A stretch of 64,000 nt of DNA from Microcoleus sp. (GTDB taxonomy: Bacteria; Cyanobacteriota; Cyanobacteriia; Cyanobacteriales; Microcoleaceae): NCBI GenBank assembly GCA_042408215.1, contig JAYFMW010000005.1, positions 96,001 to 160,000 on the forward strand. The letters run 5' to 3'. The notes under the pieces were generated by a model. That model saw nothing but the letters and a program-made list of their open reading frames with translations, did not search any database and was not told the origin of the DNA. The stretch's first letter is position 1; every line of letters begins with the position of its first letter. Both the position numbers and the translations under genes were made by a program. Shown piece after piece: positions 1-10,756 of this stretch.

Positions 1-69
1 AGATATGAGAGTATTGGGGCGATCGGATGTACTTGTGCCGTGCTAAGCAAGGTCGGACACGGCAATGCC

Positions 70-276
70 CATTGGTGTCAACTTAAGACTAAAATCCTTG
101 AGAAATCCCGTTTTTACCTAAGTCTAGATCCCCCTAAATCCCCCTTAAGAAGGGGAGTAGGGGGTGACTTTGAAAAGACTCCTGTCCCCCCCTTCTTAAG
201 GGGGGCTAGGGGGGATCTAGATTTAATAGTTAAACAGCAGTCTGTGACTGGGTTAGAAGTTAAGTTGAAACCTATG
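70..276. mobile_element. MITE-like element (TIR CATTGGTGTCAACTTAA) with internal CCCCCTAAATCCCCCTTAAGAAGGGG palindromes
   Basis: Left end cattggtgtcaacttaag, degenerate right end ttaagttgaaacctatg. Same family at 8151-8381 and ~60378-60738. Confidence 0.65.
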
Positions 277-472
277 GGCTCTTGGAGTGTCCCTACCCCA
301 AAATAATATTGTAGTCCAAGGGCATTGCCGTCTCCTGATTTCGGGTAATATTAATTCCGATGCCAACGGATTTGATATAAAGTGCAATCAATGCTAAAAT
401 TATGAGGTTGACAGTCACTTGTCGCGTAAATTTTCCCTCTAATTATCGATCAAACATAAAACTTATCAATTT

Positions 473-832
473 ATGACCGTTATATTTCACATTGCTAAAA
501 GCCAACAGTGGGAAGAAGCAAAACAGCTTCAATCCTATCGCGGCGATACCCTAGATTCTGAAGGATTTATTCACTGTTCAACACTCCCGCAAGTTGTTAA
601 ATCTGCCAATAAGTTCTTTGTTGGCAAAAAAGGATTGCTTTTGCTGTGGATAGATTCTGAAAAAGTGGAAGCAGAGGTTAAGTATGAATCTGCCGCCGGA
701 GATCTTTATCCGCACATTTACGGGCCGCTGAATGTGGATGCTGTGTTGAAAGTTATTGAGTTTGAAGCGGGTGCAGATGGGAAGTTTGAATTGCCGGAAG
801 AATTAATAGCAAGTATAAATGAACAGGCTTAG
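473..832 (+). CDS. DUF952 family protein
   Basis: Motifs IFHI..W, EGFIHCS, YPHIYGPLN. Confidence 0.85.
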   Translation: MTVIFHIAKSQQWEEAKQLQSYRGDTLDSEGFIHCSTLPQVVKSANKFFVGKKGLLLLWIDSEKVEAEVKYESAAGDLYPHIYGPLNVDAVLKVIEFEAGADGKFELPEELIASINEQA

Positions 833-881
833 TACGTTGTGAAGATTGTAAGCAGGATCATTTAATATCAGCTAACATTCA

Positions 882-980
882 CAGGATTTACGCATGAATA
901 TCAAAGAAACCGGGTTTTTTATCAGTGTTAAAGGCTCAAATGCAGTATTTTCATAAAAAACCCCGGTTTCTGCGTCCATG
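882..980. repeat. CAGGACTTACGCA-type MITE-like repeat (degenerate) with GAAACCGGGTTTT/AAAACCCGGTTTC inverted repeat
   Basis: Similar elements at 17742-17851, 22772-22876 and ~24450-24588. Confidence 0.55.
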
Positions 981-981
981 A

Positions 982-2230
982 CTAATCCACTAACTCTTTC
1001 GCCAATGCTAGCGCCTCTTCCCGACTAGAAATTCTCCCCTCCACCCGCGCTAATTGAATTTCCATTAACAATTGACCAATGCGCGGACTTCTTGGTAAAT
1101 TCAAATATTCCATTAAATCATTGCCGCTAACTAATTGTGTGGGATGAGCAACTATATCGCCCGCATCAAGATAGCGATTAATTAACAGTGAAATTTCATC
1201 TACGGGAAACTCCCACGGCTACAGCCAACACTGCTAAAACTGGAAAGACTATTCCCACGTCTCGAAACAAAAAATACTGTTCTCGCAAAGACATCTCAGA
1301 AATTGCCTGTTGTTGCAATTTGGGCAAGTATTTCAAAAGCTCGATCGCACTTTTAATCTCAGCATTGCTATACTTTAACCGTAGCAACTGGGTTTCAGCA
1401 ATTGTCGGGTCAGAATCTGCCAACATAGCTAACTTGGCGACAGCCAACAAAGGCGTTTTAATTGTATCTCGAATCTGACGATAAAATTCCCTACCCAAAT
1501 CTGGATAAATTGCGGCTAAATTCGCAGCAGATGCGTCAATTTTTGTGAAAGTATCAAAACGGTCGATCGCACTTTCAAACCAAATCGAAAATAAACCGTC
1601 TTCCCAACCGCGACAAATCCAAGGTACGCCGTTAGGATTGCTTAACAAATAACCCAATTCTGTCCGCACCCGTTCCACCGCTACCTGACTCAACAGCGGT
1701 GCTAATTCGCGAATAGCAGATTGGGTTTCCGGTTCGATCGCAAAACCCAACTGCGCCGCTTGACGGTATGCTCTTAATAACCTCAGCGGATCATCTTCCA
1801 AATTTGACCGCGAAATCATCCGCACCAAACCCAGCCGCAAATCAGTTTGACCATCCACAGGATCGATGATTTCTCCGGTAAAAGGATTCCAGGCGATCGC
1901 ATTAATCCGAAAATCCCGGCGCCACAAATCCCCCTCCAGACTCCCCCCTTCCGCCTGCGCCAAATCCACCGTACCGCCCGCAAACACCACCCGCGCAATT
2001 TGCCGTTCCGCATCCAACAAGACAAATCCAGCTTTCGTGCGATCGGCAATTTTTCGAGCAGTCTTCACCGCCCGTGTTAGCATCACAAAATCCCAATCAA
2101 AATAAGGCGATCGCCTCAAGAGCAGCGCATCCCGCACCGCACCACCCACCAAATAAGCAGGCGGCGTCAGCAGTTCCAAATCAAACGGCCAAGAATCAGG
2201 AGATAATGGAGGTGGTAAACTATTCGACAT
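982..2230 (-). CDS. CCA tRNA nucleotidyltransferase (class II, PolyA_pol family), with an apparent +1 frameshift near 1205
   Basis: VGGAVRD, D-x-D, RRDFRINA and EDDPLRLLRAYR motifs. The ORF stops at 1196, but removing one base near 1205 restores a typical C-terminus (LVSGNDLMEYLNLPRSPRIGQLL..IQLARVEGRISSREEAL) ending at 982. Confidence 0.85.
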
Positions 2231-2336
2231 CGCAACAAAAATAAATAAACTTACAACAATAAAGCTCTTGCTACGCTAGATTAACAGAAAGCTCAAATTT
2301 CACCAATCTTTTTGAAATTCACAGAGGATATCAAGA

Positions 2337-2585
2337 ATGTGTATTTGTGTTAACTGCCACTATGTAGACCGCTGCTTCACCTACCACGCCGTAGAAGGAC
2401 AGCACGAACAGCCTCACCTCACCGAAACACCCGATTTCGACGCCGTAGAACCCACAATCAACGTTAACATCCGCCCCCGCCAAGATGAAGTAGAAATGGA
2501 ATGGGATGTAGTCGGTTGTCAAAGTTTCAAGCAAGAGACCGGCAAATGGGCTAAGTTGCGGCCCGGCGAACTCGTACCAACTTAA
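2337..2585 (+). CDS. ycf34: Ycf34 family protein
   Basis: MCICVNCHYVDRC...EWDVVGC Cys pattern. Confidence 0.85.
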   Translation: MCICVNCHYVDRCFTYHAVEGQHEQPHLTETPDFDAVEPTINVNIRPRQDEVEMEWDVVGCQSFKQETGKWAKLRPGELVPT

Positions 2586-2589
2586 GGAA

Positions 2590-2942
2590 GAAGTCATTAG
2601 TCATTAGTCATTAGTCATTAGTCAGTAGTCATTAGTTAGCAGTCAGTAGTCAGTAGTTAGCAGTCAGTAGTCAGTGGTTAGCAGTCAGTAGTCATTAGTC
2701 ATTAGTCATTAGTTGGTTATTGGTTGTTGGTTGCTATTTGTCAGTGGTTATTTGTCAGTGGTTATTAGCTATTAGTTATTGGCTATTAGTTATTTGTTAC
2801 TCGATTGGATCTGGCAATAACCAATGCCCAATGCCCAAGGCCCAATGCCCAATTCCCAATTCCCAATGCCCAATTCCCAATGCCCAATTCCCAATGCCCA
2901 ATTCCCAATGCCCCATTCCCCATTCCCCATTCCCCATTCCCA
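2590..2942. repeat. STRR-type heptamer tandem repeats (GTCATTA, GTCAGTA, CCCAATG/CCCAATT, CCCCATT)
   Basis: Directly visible low-complexity heptamer runs. Confidence 0.9.
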
Positions 2943-3671
2943 ATGAATAGCCATCCCAAAGACCCAACATCAGTTAAAAAATACGGCTTAGCCCTGCACA
3001 CAGCTAGTCGTGAACTTGGTTTAGCCATCAGCAATTTTGCAGGTGAGTCTCGCTGTGCAACTTGGAATTTAGATCGCGATTTAGCAACTCATTTGCACCA
3101 GCATTTAGTCGAGTTTATCCAGCCACAAACTTGGGCAGATTTGGCTTTTATTGCAGTTGCTAAGGGGCCTGGAGGTTTCACGGGCACTCGTATTGGTATG
3201 GTGACGGCGCGGACTTTGGCTCAACAGTTGGATATTCCGATTTTTGCTATCTCAACTTTGGCGGCTTTTGCTTGGGCACAACCCCCCCAACCCAGGGCGG
3301 GCACGGGGGCACCGCCCCTACACTCAGGGGGGCTTTGGGAATTGGAACCGCCCCTACACTCAGGGGGGCTTTTGAATATCGCACTGCAAATGCCTGCACA
3401 GCGTGGTCAATTATTTGGGGCTGTTTATTCGGTTAATCAAGATTCGGGTTTGACTGAGTTGTTTCCTGATACGGTGATGACTCCTGAATCTTGGCTGGAA
3501 AAGTTGGAAAGTTGGGGGGATTCCTATCAGTTGATTGAAGTTACTAGCGGGTTGGGTGCGTCGGTTTCTGGTGTGTTAGAGTTGGCTTATTTGGAGTGGA
3601 AAATGGGTCTTCGTCCTGGTTGGTCGGATGCTTTGCCTTATTATGGTCAACATCCGGTTAAGGGATACTGA
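2943..3671 (+). CDS. tsaB: tRNA threonylcarbamoyladenosine biosynthesis protein TsaB
   Basis: LALHTA...[11 protein letters not shown]...STL motifs. ATG at 2943 after the repeat tract. Confidence 0.85.
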   Translation: MNSHPKDPTSVKKYGLALHTASRELGLAISNFAGESRCATWNLDRDLATHLHQHLVEFIQPQTWADLAFIAVAKGPGGFTGTRIGMVTARTLAQQLDIPIFAISTLAAFAWAQPPQPRAGTGAPPLHSGGLWELEPPLHSGGLLNIALQMPAQRGQLFGAVYSVNQDSGLTELFPDTVMTPESWLEKLESWGDSYQLIEVTSGLGASVSGVLELAYLEWKMGLRPGWSDALPYYGQHPVKGY

Positions 3672-3906
3672 AAAAATGAGTAAGATTGCATCTAATACAA
3701 AAAGACAGGCTAGGTTCGATCGCACTCAATGCTTTTGGCTGGTATGTCGATACATTGTTTCTCCTATTTCTGATTAAACCACAGAGGGCGCAGAGGGCGC
3801 AGAGGAAGAGAGAGATGAGTAATTCCGATGTCAACGAATTTAATATAACGCTCTTCTTTTAGAACCCCAACTTCTTGAAGTCGGGGTTCTGGCTACTCTG
3901 TAAAGT

Positions 3907-4731
3907 TTATCGCCCGCTAGCTAAAGCCTGCCGCAATTTGCGATCGCGCCGTGACTTATCCCCAAGTTCAGGAGTCGCCATCCGCAACACAAAATCCAGC
4001 AACCAAGGCGCAATTCGGTGGCACCAAACCGCTAAATGACTTTGATATCCTACCAAGATTTCCGGCGCATCTTTGTGCAATCCCGCCACCAGCGCAAGGG
4101 CAACTTTTTCGGGAGTTGTGGGAACCACCCACCGAAATTGCTCCAAGTCTCGCACCATGTCGGTATCTGTTAGAGATGGGAGCAAAGCTGTCACCCGAAC
4201 ATTGTACGCTGTCAACTCGCTGCGTAAAGCTTGGGTGAATCCCAAAATGGCAAATTTAGTGGCAGAATAAGTCGCCATTGTGGGAGCGGCAATTTTGCCC
4301 ATCAAGCTCGAAACATTGACGATTGTTCCATCTTTTTGGGCGGCCATTCGCCTCGCTATTAAGCGGGTAATTGTGTAGGTTCCCAGTAAATTTAAGGCTA
4401 TTTCTTCCTCGATTAATGGTAGCGGGGAACGCAAGAATGATGCTTGGTGCGCGACGCCTGCACAGTTGACTAGCAGGTGAATTGGGCCGTTATCTCGCCA
4501 AGCTTGGGCGATCGCAATATTCACCGCTACCGACTGAGTTAAATCTAAAGCTAATGGAACTGCTTCTACTCCAAAAACTTCGATTTCTGCGGCTAATTCA
4601 ACTAATTGCTGGCGATTGCGCGCCACAATCAACAAACGTTTGATTCCTTGTCGCGCTAATTCCAGGGCGATCGATCGCCCAATTCCACGGGAAGCTCCTG
4701 TAACTAGAGCTGTCTTTCCTTGAAGCTGCAT
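3907..4731 (-). CDS. SDR family oxidoreductase
   Basis: TGASRGIG, NCAG, YSATK motifs. Confidence 0.9.
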   Translation of the reverse strand: MQLQGKTALVTGASRGIGRSIALELARQGIKRLLIVARNRQQLVELAAEIEVFGVEAVPLALDLTQSVAVNIAIAQAWRDNGPIHLLVNCAGVAHQASFLRSPLPLIEEEIALNLLGTYTITRLIARRMAAQKDGTIVNVSSLMGKIAAPTMATYSATKFAILGFTQALRSELTAYNVRVTALLPSLTDTDMVRDLEQFRWVVPTTPEKVALALVAGLHKDAPEILVGYQSHLAVWCHRIAPWLLDFVLRMATPELGDKSRRDRKLRQALASGR

Positions 4732-4974
4732 AGATTAAATCCTCTAAATCTGAAGCTCACCGCGCACGGAGTTATAAGTTGCGAGTTATGAATTTTGTGG
4801 AGTTAACTCAAAACTTTTGAATCGCCTACGTGCCCGTGAGTTTAACTAAACTTGGATTTGCCAGAAATTGGTCAGGAATCTGGTCAGTAAACCTCATTCA
4901 AGCAGACAAACCTGAGATGGGAAAACAAGGTGAGAAATCATACCAACTTTGGCTTAATTTCCCTCTTTCTTTAG

Positions 4975-5402
4975 TCTCGCGTTGCGCGGACTTGGCCTGT
5001 GTAGCCGCTCATTCGATTCGCCGGGATTGGCGGTTTTTTCTTGAGTCCGCGCAGGCGGACTTTGACTGTGTAGCCGCTCATTCGATTCGCCGGGATTGGC
5101 GGTTTTTTCTTGAGTCCGCGCAGGCGGACTTTTCCTGTGTAGCCGCTCATTCGATTCGCCGGGATTGGCGGTTTTTTCTTGAGTCTCGCCTTGCGCGGAC
5201 TTGGCCTGTGTACACCCGAATTTCATTCGCCCTTGATTGACGGTTTTTTATTGAGTCCGCGCAGGCGGACTTTGACTGTGTAGCCGCGAATTTGAGTCGC
5301 CCGGGATTGGCGGTTTTTTATTGAGTACGCGCAGGCGGACTTGGCCTGTGTAGCCGCGAATTTCATGCGCCCTTGATTGGCGGACTTGGCCTGTGTGGCC
5401 GG
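4975..5402. repeat. Degenerate tandem array of ~69-bp units with AGTCCGCGCAGGCGGACT palindrome
   Basis: Units recur at ~5043, 5112, 5253 and 5323. Related single copy at ~61522-61540. Confidence 0.85.
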
Positions 5403-5567
5403 GAGTTCCATTCGCGGGGAAAAGGCACTGGATTTTTGAGCAATGTAGAGCATAAATTCCACACCTCCTATATATGAGGATTTGCTCTATACACATAGCT
5501 TAACAACTAGAAGCTAAAGTGACAACAATTTTTAATAAATCTTCCGAAACATTTCTTTACAATCTGC

Positions 5568-7001
5568 TCATACAGCGTTTTTCCAAGTACCATGAAAGCC
5601 TAAAGGTATGACACTAGGCAATTCTAGCTGACAAACAGGAGCGCGATCGAGCCCGTCGCTGTCAAATATCCAGACTTCGCTTTTATCAGAATTGCCGTCG
5701 TAAACAACTGTTACTATCCAACCTTTTTCCGAGGAAATATCTGGAACGTAGATGGGTTCTGCGGGATAGCGATTTTCGCCACAGTCGGCAATTGTGAGAT
5801 TGCGGGTTTGCGTGTCCAAACGGGCGATCGCACCGAAACGTTCCGCCACAATATCACAGCCTGGACGATACATTGCCAGATAAATATACCGCGATTCTTG
5901 CCCGATTTCCGAAGCAGGTACAACCGGAAACTCGCAAGCTTGATCTAACAATTCTTCTGTCGCTGTCACCTTCCCCGTCTGTGGATTTAGATGCACTCGC
6001 CACAGAGTACCCTCCGCATCGGTGCGAGTTTCACCAGTCGCTACTTCTTTCAATCGCTGATTTGTTTTGAAGTCAGAAAAGCGCACAAAATCTACCGCCA
6101 CCTCACCATCTTCCTTGACAAAACCGTTAGCAAAATGCCACTGAAACCAAGGCTCGGTTTTGTTGCGACTAACTAAAGATAGAGTTTCAGAGTCAATAAC
6201 TAATATCTGCGTTCCTAACTCCGGTTTCCATTCAAAAGAGTCGCTGTAACTGCTAATTCCAGCTAACACGGGTAAAATTTTAATTCGCATCGGCGGGGCA
6301 AAAAATATTAGATACTTTCCAGCCACAACAAAATCGTGGAGCGCGTAAATTCCATCTAAGGCAACAGTTGATTTTTGTACGATTTTGCCAGTAAAATCGC
6401 TTTTATACAGATTTAACTTTGTAGTCGCACCATAGGTAATTCCAAAGTTAAAAATATTCCCAGTAATCGGGTCGCGCTTGCAGTGAGCGGAATACACAAA
6501 GTTACTATCTAAACTACCTAAATCGTCCATTCCCAAAGTTTCCAGAGTTTGCAAATCGAGGCGGTGAGGCGGGCCACCTTCCCACAATGCCAAAAGGCGA
6601 TCTGGCAAAGCTAAAACAGAAGTATTGGCAGCATTTTTAACAGGTTTAGTCCACCGCAACCAAATAGGGCCCGGTGCTGTCATGCCGTAATTACTGTAGA
6701 GAAATTTATCAGCTTTTTCTTCAGCTAGATATCCCGCTGTTTGCACATAGCGATAAACAGCCGCAGCACCCGCATCGGTAAAATGTACGGCCAAAATTGC
6801 ACCATCCCCATCAAACCAGTGTCCCACAGGAATGCCTCCGCGTTCCAAACGTCCGGGCCCGTTGCGGTAGAGGGTACCGCGAAATCCTGCGGGGATTTTG
6901 CCGCTTTTAACGGATAGTTGAGTCAGGGGAAATTCCGCAGCAGGACGGGCTAAAGCTTGAGCCCAGGACTTTTTAGCTGATTTTTTACTGTCTGTTTTCA
7001 T
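5568..7001 (-). CDS. Carotenoid cleavage oxygenase (RPE65 family)
   Basis: GTLYRNGPG, HWFDGDG, SAH, HDF, HFANG, EFP, EP and GFHGTW motifs, including the four Fe-binding His. Confidence 0.92.
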   Translation of the reverse strand: MKTDSKKSAKKSWAQALARPAAEFPLTQLSVKSGKIPAGFRGTLYRNGPGRLERGGIPVGHWFDGDGAILAVHFTDAGAAAVYRYVQTAGYLAEEKADKFLYSNYGMTAPGPIWLRWTKPVKNAANTSVLALPDRLLALWEGGPPHRLDLQTLETLGMDDLGSLDSNFVYSAHCKRDPITGNIFNFGITYGATTKLNLYKSDFTGKIVQKSTVALDGIYALHDFVVAGKYLIFFAPPMRIKILPVLAGISSYSDSFEWKPELGTQILVIDSETLSLVSRNKTEPWFQWHFANGFVKEDGEVAVDFVRFSDFKTNQRLKEVATGETRTDAEGTLWRVHLNPQTGKVTATEELLDQACEFPVVPASEIGQESRYIYLAMYRPGCDIVAERFGAIARLDTQTRNLTIADCGENRYPAEPIYVPDISSEKGWIVTVVYDGNSDKSEVWIFDSDGLDRAPVCQLELPSVIPLGFHGTWKNAV

Positions 7002-7073
7002 GGGAATCCGGCAATTTTTAACTAAGCTACCTACATTTTATTATACAATAATAGCACCAATAATTTAATAGCT

Positions 7074-8087
7074 ATGTCTCTACCACGCCGCTATTTGCTC
7101 AGAACTTTTGGGCTCACCGTCATTGGCACTCAATTATTGCCGATCGCCCAAACCAACCGAACTCCCAAAACTATCATTAAACCACGCCGTCTGCAAGTCG
7201 GCGATACTGTAGCTTTAATCAATCCTGCTGCTTTCAACTACGAGAAAGAAGTTGAGCCATTTTTTAAAGTCCTAGAAAACTTGGGCTTAAAAGTTAAATT
7301 GGGCGAGCATTTTTACGACCGCTACGGCTATTTAGCAGGCCTGGATACCGATCGCGCTGCCGATGTCAATGCTGCTTTTGCCGACTCCTCAGTCCAAGCT
7401 ATTTTTACGGGTATGGGTGGCTGGGGTTGCAATCGGATCTTGCCGCTGCTCGATTACAATATGCTCCGCAATAATCCGAAAATTATTATGGGTTTCAGCG
7501 ATATTACTGCACTATTATTAGCGATTCATGCTCAAACTAATATGATTACTTTTCACGGCCCTTTGGGCGTGTCTAGCTGGAGTCCGTTTACAATAAATTA
7601 TGTTAAACAAGTTTTGTTTCACGGCGAATCTGTGACTATGCAAAACACCAGAAGTGTGAAAATTGAAACAATCGGAGGTGGAAAAGCTAGGGGAAAATTG
7701 CTCGGAGGCAATTTATCAGTCCTAGCAGCAATGATCGGTTCTGCTTATTTGCCGGAATGGGAAAAAAGTATCTTGTTTGTCGAGGAAGTTGGCGAAGAGG
7801 TTTATCGCATCGATCGAATGTTGACGCAACTCAAATTAGCTGGCATTCTTGATAAAATATCCGGTTTTGTTTTTGGACAATGCACGAAGTGCGATGCCGA
7901 AAAACCACAAGAGTCCTTAACATTAGCTCAAGTCTTGTCCGATCACATTCGCCCGTTGAGAATTCCGGCGTGGTATGGTTCAATGGTGGGTCACATTCAA
8001 GATAAGTTTACTTTGCCGATCGGCTTAGAAGTTGAAATTGACGCTAACTCTGGTACAATTAGATTGTTAGAATCCGCTGTCAACTAA
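7074..8087 (+). CDS. LD-carboxypeptidase (peptidase S66), possible Tat signal
   Basis: GFSDIT, GGNL, FVEEVGE, RIDRML, GH motifs. N-terminal RR. Confidence 0.9.
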   Translation: MSLPRRYLLRTFGLTVIGTQLLPIAQTNRTPKTIIKPRRLQVGDTVALINPAAFNYEKEVEPFFKVLENLGLKVKLGEHFYDRYGYLAGLDTDRAADVNAAFADSSVQAIFTGMGGWGCNRILPLLDYNMLRNNPKIIMGFSDITALLLAIHAQTNMITFHGPLGVSSWSPFTINYVKQVLFHGESVTMQNTRSVKIETIGGGKARGKLLGGNLSVLAAMIGSAYLPEWEKSILFVEEVGEEVYRIDRMLTQLKLAGILDKISGFVFGQCTKCDAEKPQESLTLAQVLSDHIRPLRIPAWYGSMVGHIQDKFTLPIGLEVEIDANSGTIRLLESAVN

Positions 8088-8150
8088 ATCTTGAACTCTT
8101 CTCGATCTTCGGGAGGCTCTTCCTCTGGTTCTGCATTACCGAACTCTGGC

Positions 8151-8381
8151 CATTGATGACAACTTAGCGTAAAACCAACCGTCTCTCTTGTTTGTATCGA
8201 AGCCTAGATCCCCCCTAACCCCCCTTAATAAGGGGGGGACAAGATTTTTCTCAAAGTCCCCCTTATTAAGGGAGGATAAGAGTGTTCTCAAAGTCCCCCT
8301 TCTTAAGGGGGATTTAGGGGGATCGAGACTCGAATGCAAGCGACATTTATTATGGGCTTCAGTCTTAAGTTGTCACCAATG
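8151..8381. mobile_element. MITE with TIRs CATTG.TG.CAACTTA / TAAGTTGTCACCAATG and target-site duplication
   Basis: Flanks aactctggc (8142-8150) and gactctggc (8382-8390). Confidence 0.75.
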
Positions 8382-8428
8382 GACTCTGGCTGGTAACGAG
8401 AAAATTCAAACACAAAATCAGGACGATC

Positions 8429-9193
8429 GTGAAAAACACCGCACAATTTATCAAACCACTAGCAGCAATTATCTTAGCAATAATTTGCCTGTTGCCACTC
8501 AATGCCTGTGCAGCGGCAAAAGCAAGTGAAACAGCCAGCAGCGAGAATATTTATCAGCAGCGAACCGTCCACAATCCCGACGGAATCGGTAAATTTTACA
8601 TGGGTCGCGAAATTGCCCAAGTCATGGGATATCAAGGCGCTGGTTGGCTGGAAAGACCCGATCGCGGCATGGAGGAAAAATCAGCGAGATTAGTGAACAA
8701 TCTCGATTTAAAACCCACTGATATTCTAGCAGACATTGGTGCGGGTACGGGATATTTTAGCTTTCGCATTGCACCCTTACTTCCCGAAGGCAAGGTGCTC
8801 GCAGTTGACGTTCAGCCGGAAATGCTCGAATTTATCAAATTGAATAAACAAGAGAAAAATATCGCTAACGTTGAGCCAATTTTGGGCAGTATTGCTGACC
8901 CAAATTTGCCAGAAAATAGTGTAGATGTCGCGCTGCTAGTGGATGCTTATCACGAATTTGAATATCCCAGAGAAATGATGCAAGGAATTGTGAAAGCACT
9001 TAAACCGGGCGGCCGCCTGGTATCGATCGAGTTTCGTGGCGAAAACCCGTTGATTCCAATTAAAGGTTTGCACAAAATGACGCAGAAGCAAGTAAAAAAA
9101 GAAATGGCAGTGGTGGGTTTAGTTTGGAAAGAAACTCAAGAGATTTTGCCTCAGCAGCATCTGATGGTGTTTGAGAAAAAAACTAAAATTTAG
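8429..9193 (+). CDS. Class I SAM-dependent methyltransferase with N-terminal signal peptide
   Basis: ADIGAGTG, AVDVQPEML, DAYHEF motifs. Confidence 0.85.
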   Translation: MKNTAQFIKPLAAIILAIICLLPLNACAAAKASETASSENIYQQRTVHNPDGIGKFYMGREIAQVMGYQGAGWLERPDRGMEEKSARLVNNLDLKPTDILADIGAGTGYFSFRIAPLLPEGKVLAVDVQPEMLEFIKLNKQEKNIANVEPILGSIADPNLPENSVDVALLVDAYHEFEYPREMMQGIVKALKPGGRLVSIEFRGENPLIPIKGLHKMTQKQVKKEMAVVGLVWKETQEILPQQHLMVFEKKTKI

Positions 9194-9295
9194 CAGCCCA
9201 ACCGAGGGATTATCTATCACTTTGAATCTGTTTTGTCAAGGCAGAAAATATGTATTTATTGTTAAAGACGTTCTGTCAAAGATATCTGACCTGAC

Positions 9296-10588
9296 CAAAA
9301 GAATGGGTACAAGCCCCGTCTTTCAAGACGGCTTTAATTTTTCTCGATCGTGTAAGACCTAGTATAATAGAGTAAGTAAAAAGCAAAAATAATGAAAGCA
9401 AGGTATCGATACAGAATCTATCCGACAGACCAACAGCGACAGAGTTTAGCGCAGTTGTTTGGTTGCGTCCGCGTAGTCTGGAATGATGCTCTTGCACTGT
9501 GCAAGCAGTCGGAGAAAAAGCCGAAATCGGCAGAACTTCAAAAGGTAGTAATCACTCAAGCGAAACAGACAACCGAAAGAGCTTGGCTAAGTGAAGTATC
9601 GAATATCCCGTTACAACAATCTGTAGCAGATCTGGAAACAGCTTTTAAGAACTTTTTTCAGTCTTGTAAAGGCAAAAGGAAGGGGCGCAAGGTTGGGTAT
9701 CCCAAGTTCAAGAAACGCACGAACAGTCAGTCGGCACGTTTTAGGATTGGCGGTTTTTCAATTAAAGGGGAGGAAGTCTATCTAGCTAAAATTGGCAATA
9801 TTAAGCCTATTTGGTCGAGAGAACTACCATCCGATCCGACATCAGTAACGGTCATTAAAGATTGTGCCAACCGTTACTTCTTGAGTTTCGTGGTGGAGGT
9901 TGAACCCGTTCAAGTCGAAGCTAAACACATGAGCGTCGGTATTGATTTAGGGATTAAAACCTTTGCGGTAATGAGTGATGGAGGGAAAGCTAAAAGCCCT
10001 AGCTGTAAAAAGCTAGACAAAAAAGTTCGTAAACTTCAGAAACAGCTAGCCCGACAGCAGAAAGACTCAAAACGCAGGCATAAAACTCGAATTAAAATAG
10101 CCAAAACGCACAATCGAATTGCTGACTTGCGTCAAGATTTCCTGCACAAACTATCAACCAAAGTAGTCAGTGAAAACCAAACAATTATTTTGGAGGATTT
10201 GAATGTGTCAGGAATGGTCAAGAATCGCAAATTAGCCCTGGTAATTAGTCAACAAGGTTGGTACGAATTTCGTTCCCTTTGTGAAGCTAAATCGGAGAAG
10301 TTTGGGCGTGAGTTTAGGGTAATTAGTCGCTGGGAACCTACGAGCCAAGTCTGTTCCGACTGTGGTTTTAAATGGGGGAAATTAGACCTTTCTATTCGTT
10401 CGGTGCTTTGTCTAAGCTGTGGTATTGAGCACGATAGAGACGAGAATGCAGCAAAAAATATAAATCAAGTCGGGATGGGGAATCGCCACGACTCTAAACG
10501 GACACAGAGGAAGAGTAAGACTACTCCGGTAGCTTCATCCGATGAAGTGTCAAGAATCACCGCTCGTTCACGACGGTGAGTATTTCAA
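9296..10588 (+). mobile_element. IS200/IS605-family (IS1341-like, tnpB-only) element
   Basis: Follows target TGAC. Left end has CAAG followed by a ccgtctttcaagacgg hairpin. Right end has GAAT + hairpin and ends in TCAA. Confidence 0.85.
9392..10579 (+). CDS. tnpB: RNA-guided endonuclease TnpB, intact
   Basis: YRIYPT, GIDLG (RuvC D), ILEDL (E), CSDC..CLSC zinc finger, DRDENAA (D). Confidence 0.93.
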   Translation: MKARYRYRIYPTDQQRQSLAQLFGCVRVVWNDALALCKQSEKKPKSAELQKVVITQAKQTTERAWLSEVSNIPLQQSVADLETAFKNFFQSCKGKRKGRKVGYPKFKKRTNSQSARFRIGGFSIKGEEVYLAKIGNIKPIWSRELPSDPTSVTVIKDCANRYFLSFVVEVEPVQVEAKHMSVGIDLGIKTFAVMSDGGKAKSPSCKKLDKKVRKLQKQLARQQKDSKRRHKTRIKIAKTHNRIADLRQDFLHKLSTKVVSENQTIILEDLNVSGMVKNRKLALVISQQGWYEFRSLCEAKSEKFGREFRVISRWEPTSQVCSDCGFKWGKLDLSIRSVLCLSCGIEHDRDENAAKNINQVGMGNRHDSKRTQRKSKTTPVASSDEVSRITARSRR

Positions 10589-10610
10589 AAGAGACATTAT
10601 AGAAAAATAA
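10470..10610 (+). ncRNA. Putative TnpB omegaRNA (scaffold overlapping tnpB 3' end, guide beyond TCAA). Boundaries approximate.
   Basis: Established TnpB architecture. The segment is conserved in the tnpB-less element at ~28187-28277. Confidence 0.6.
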
Positions 10611-10756
10611 ACTGGAAGCAGAAAACTTGCCTTGCTTCCCTTGATCCCTGGGATGTAAGCGACTCGGAGGAAGCATCCCAGGTAGACGGACTATTCAATA
10701 CAACGATCGCCATTGACACTGGATTATTTATCCTATCAAACAGCATTGAGAAAACT

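Noticed and set aside
4830..5496. ORFs across the 69-bp repeat array
   Set aside because: Translations merely mirror the DNA repeat on both strands.
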